Virus record (IMG/VR): IMGVR_UViG_3300042348_000540
Location: 1 to 48,151 of that record
Source of the DNA: a virus
Taxonomy: Duplodnaviria; Caudoviricetes
Reading direction: 5' to 3' (one strand)
Length of the DNA stretch: 48,151 nt
Positions 46,767 through 48,151 of this stretch are shown piece by piece. The first letter of the stretch is position 1; every line of letters starts with the position of its first letter. The translations under genes and the position numbers were made by a program. The notes beneath the pieces are model-generated. The model was not told the origin of the DNA. It saw only the letters and a list, made by a program, of their open reading frames with translations, and ran no database searches.

Positions 46767-47483
46767 CTAGCTGTTTCCTATAGGGGTCCAGGTTGCCGTA
46801 GCCGAAGGAAGGTCGTTCCAGATATTTATGACCCCTGGGCCAATCACCGGAGACCAGCCTGGGTTCGGGTTCGGTATCGGGTCCCACCCTCCGTATCCTG
46901 CCCCAACATCTACGAGGGTGATTGTATCCGAGGCAAACGCAACCATGCCAGCGATATTTGCCGCAGTGTCCGTCAGGACTATGGTGTCGGATGCCGACAG
47001 CGACATAGCTAAAATACCGGCCCCGGCGTCTGTCAGGACAATGTTGTCAGATGCGCTTACCGATGCGGCAAAGCTGCCAACCGCCGTCTCTGCAAAGGTG
47101 ATGGAGTCCGACACGCTCTCCAAGAAGGCAAAGCCGCCCGTCGAGGAGTCCGTAAGAGTTATCGTGTCAGATGCTGCCCCCAGGAAATTATAGCTTATGG
47201 CCGCAGAGTCGGTCAGGGTCAGGGTATCGGACGCCGCCGCGAACCAGTTCGGGGCCTTGGCCGCAAAGTCGAACAGGACGATGGCGTCGGACGCGCTCGC
47301 CAGCATGCTGAGGCTGCCGTTCGTCACGTCAGACAGCACGAGGGTGTCCGACGCGGCGGCAACACCCGACAGGGTGCTGTTGGCAGCATCCGTCAGGACA
47401 ATGGCGTCAGACACACTCTCGGCATAGAAGGCGTTGGCTAGCCCACTGAACGAAGCGCCGCTGAATGGGTAGAAGCCAAACAC
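46767..47483 (-). CDS. Repetitive virion protein
   Basis: MFG..PFS...FS N-terminus; about nine ~21-aa repeats with core A.SD.(I/L).L.D. Confidence 0.6.
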   Translation of the reverse strand: MFGFYPFSGASFSGLANAFYAESVSDAIVLTDAANSTLSGVAAASDTLVLSDVTNGSLSMLASASDAIVLFDFAAKAPNWFAAASDTLTLTDSAAISYNFLGAASDTITLTDSSTGGFAFLESVSDSITFAETAVGSFAASVSASDNIVLTDAGAGILAMSLSASDTIVLTDTAANIAGMVAFASDTITLVDVGAGYGGWDPIPNPNPGWSPVIGPGVINIWNDLPSATATWTPIGNS

Positions 47484-47489
47484 CCGTCT

Positions 47490-48119
47490 TTATCCCCCAG
47501 CAGAATCGGCAGGAGCAATAGTAAGCTCACCAGCCGCTACCAGAGCCAGGGCCTTCTCTCTTTGGCGCCTTGCCTTTGCAGCGTCGGACATCTTCTTGCG
47601 GCTTTCCTCAGACACGATCTTACCCACCGAGCATAGACGGAATTTTTCTCTAACGGCTGGGTCTTTGAACCTTTCTTTGGCGGCAGCACTAATAGCGGCC
47701 CGATGTTCAGGGGTATGCGGCTTGCCGCGTTTTGCCGCCGCAGAAGCCATCACCAGCTTGTAGTTGCTTTTCCCCTTTTTCGCAGCAGATAGCTTTGCTC
47801 GCCATTCAGAAGTTATCACGGGCTTGTGCCCAGTGGTTCCTTCTCCACCATCAGTCATGTTGGCGAGATCGCAGTTCTCCGACCGCCAAAAAGCAATTCT
47901 CTTTTTCTCTAGCTCAAAAGCCTCGTCTTCAGAAAGGCCGTGTCCCACTATCTTGACCTCAACGCACATTCCGAGCCTAGCCAGCTTCTCCTGAATGGCT
48001 TTGTGGTGCTTGTTGCGGCGCTTCATGATGTTGGCCCTGCGGCCTCGACCTTTGCCGACGTAGAAGCACTCGCCCCTGTCCGGGCGCCAATGCTCGTAAA
48101 CGTAGAAGTTGCTCTTCAT
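47490..48119 (-). CDS. GIY-YIG homing endonuclease with NUMOD3-like DNA-binding motifs
   Basis: FYVYEH.RPD.G..FYVGKG...R...E...I...L.N.TDGGEG; repeats SEW.AKLSAAKKGK, HTPEHRAAISAA, SEESRKKMSDA. Confidence 0.85.
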   Translation of the reverse strand: MKSNFYVYEHWRPDRGECFYVGKGRGRRANIMKRRNKHHKAIQEKLARLGMCVEVKIVGHGLSEDEAFELEKKRIAFWRSENCDLANMTDGGEGTTGHKPVITSEWRAKLSAAKKGKSNYKLVMASAAAKRGKPHTPEHRAAISAAAKERFKDPAVREKFRLCSVGKIVSEESRKKMSDAAKARRQREKALALVAAGELTIAPADSAGG

Positions 48120-48151
48120 GCGTCAGCAGGGGCAATCATGATCTCACCCTC
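48116..48151 (-). CDS. 3' end of an upstream gene (partial)
   Basis: Reads EGEIMIAPADA* with ATGA overlap onto the endonuclease start. Confidence 0.5.
   Translation of the reverse strand, partial: EGEIMIAPADA

Noticed and set aside
1-48151. tRNA genes, integrase/att site, DNA polymerase, lysis genes
   Set aside because: None recognisable by eye in this window; they may lie outside it or be too divergent

Overview
Most of a GC-rich tailed dsDNA phage genome with podovirus-like gene content. The window starts inside the major capsid gene and ends inside the tail module, so the structural operon probably continues across the window ends. Minus strand 1-8293 holds capsid, scaffold, GroES, portal, TerL, a LexA-like repressor and TerS. 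Plus strand ~8990-31212 holds early, accessory and replication genes: AAA+/VWA pair, many small modular ORFs, primase-helicase, RusA (on the minus strand), PD-(D/E)XK exonuclease, Acb2-like, MazG-like, ERF and SSB-like genes. Minus strand 31209-48151 holds a giant polyvalent protein, internal virion proteins, tail genes and a GIY-YIG endonuclease. The main finding is a nuclease-less IS110/Nop-like gene (28611-29432) followed immediately by a ~1.04 kb array of ~29 units of 36 nt. Each unit has two alternating 10-nt repeats (GAGTGAACCA and GAGAGTTCCA) separated by unique ~8-nt spacers. This is a non-CRISPR RNA-guided system with TIGR-TasA architecture. Other findings are two candidate structured ncRNAs, a cassette-like run of small genes with conserved junctions, several paralog pairs, and a homing-endonuclease insertion scar. 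All product calls come from motif recognition by eye; no database searches or folding programs were run.
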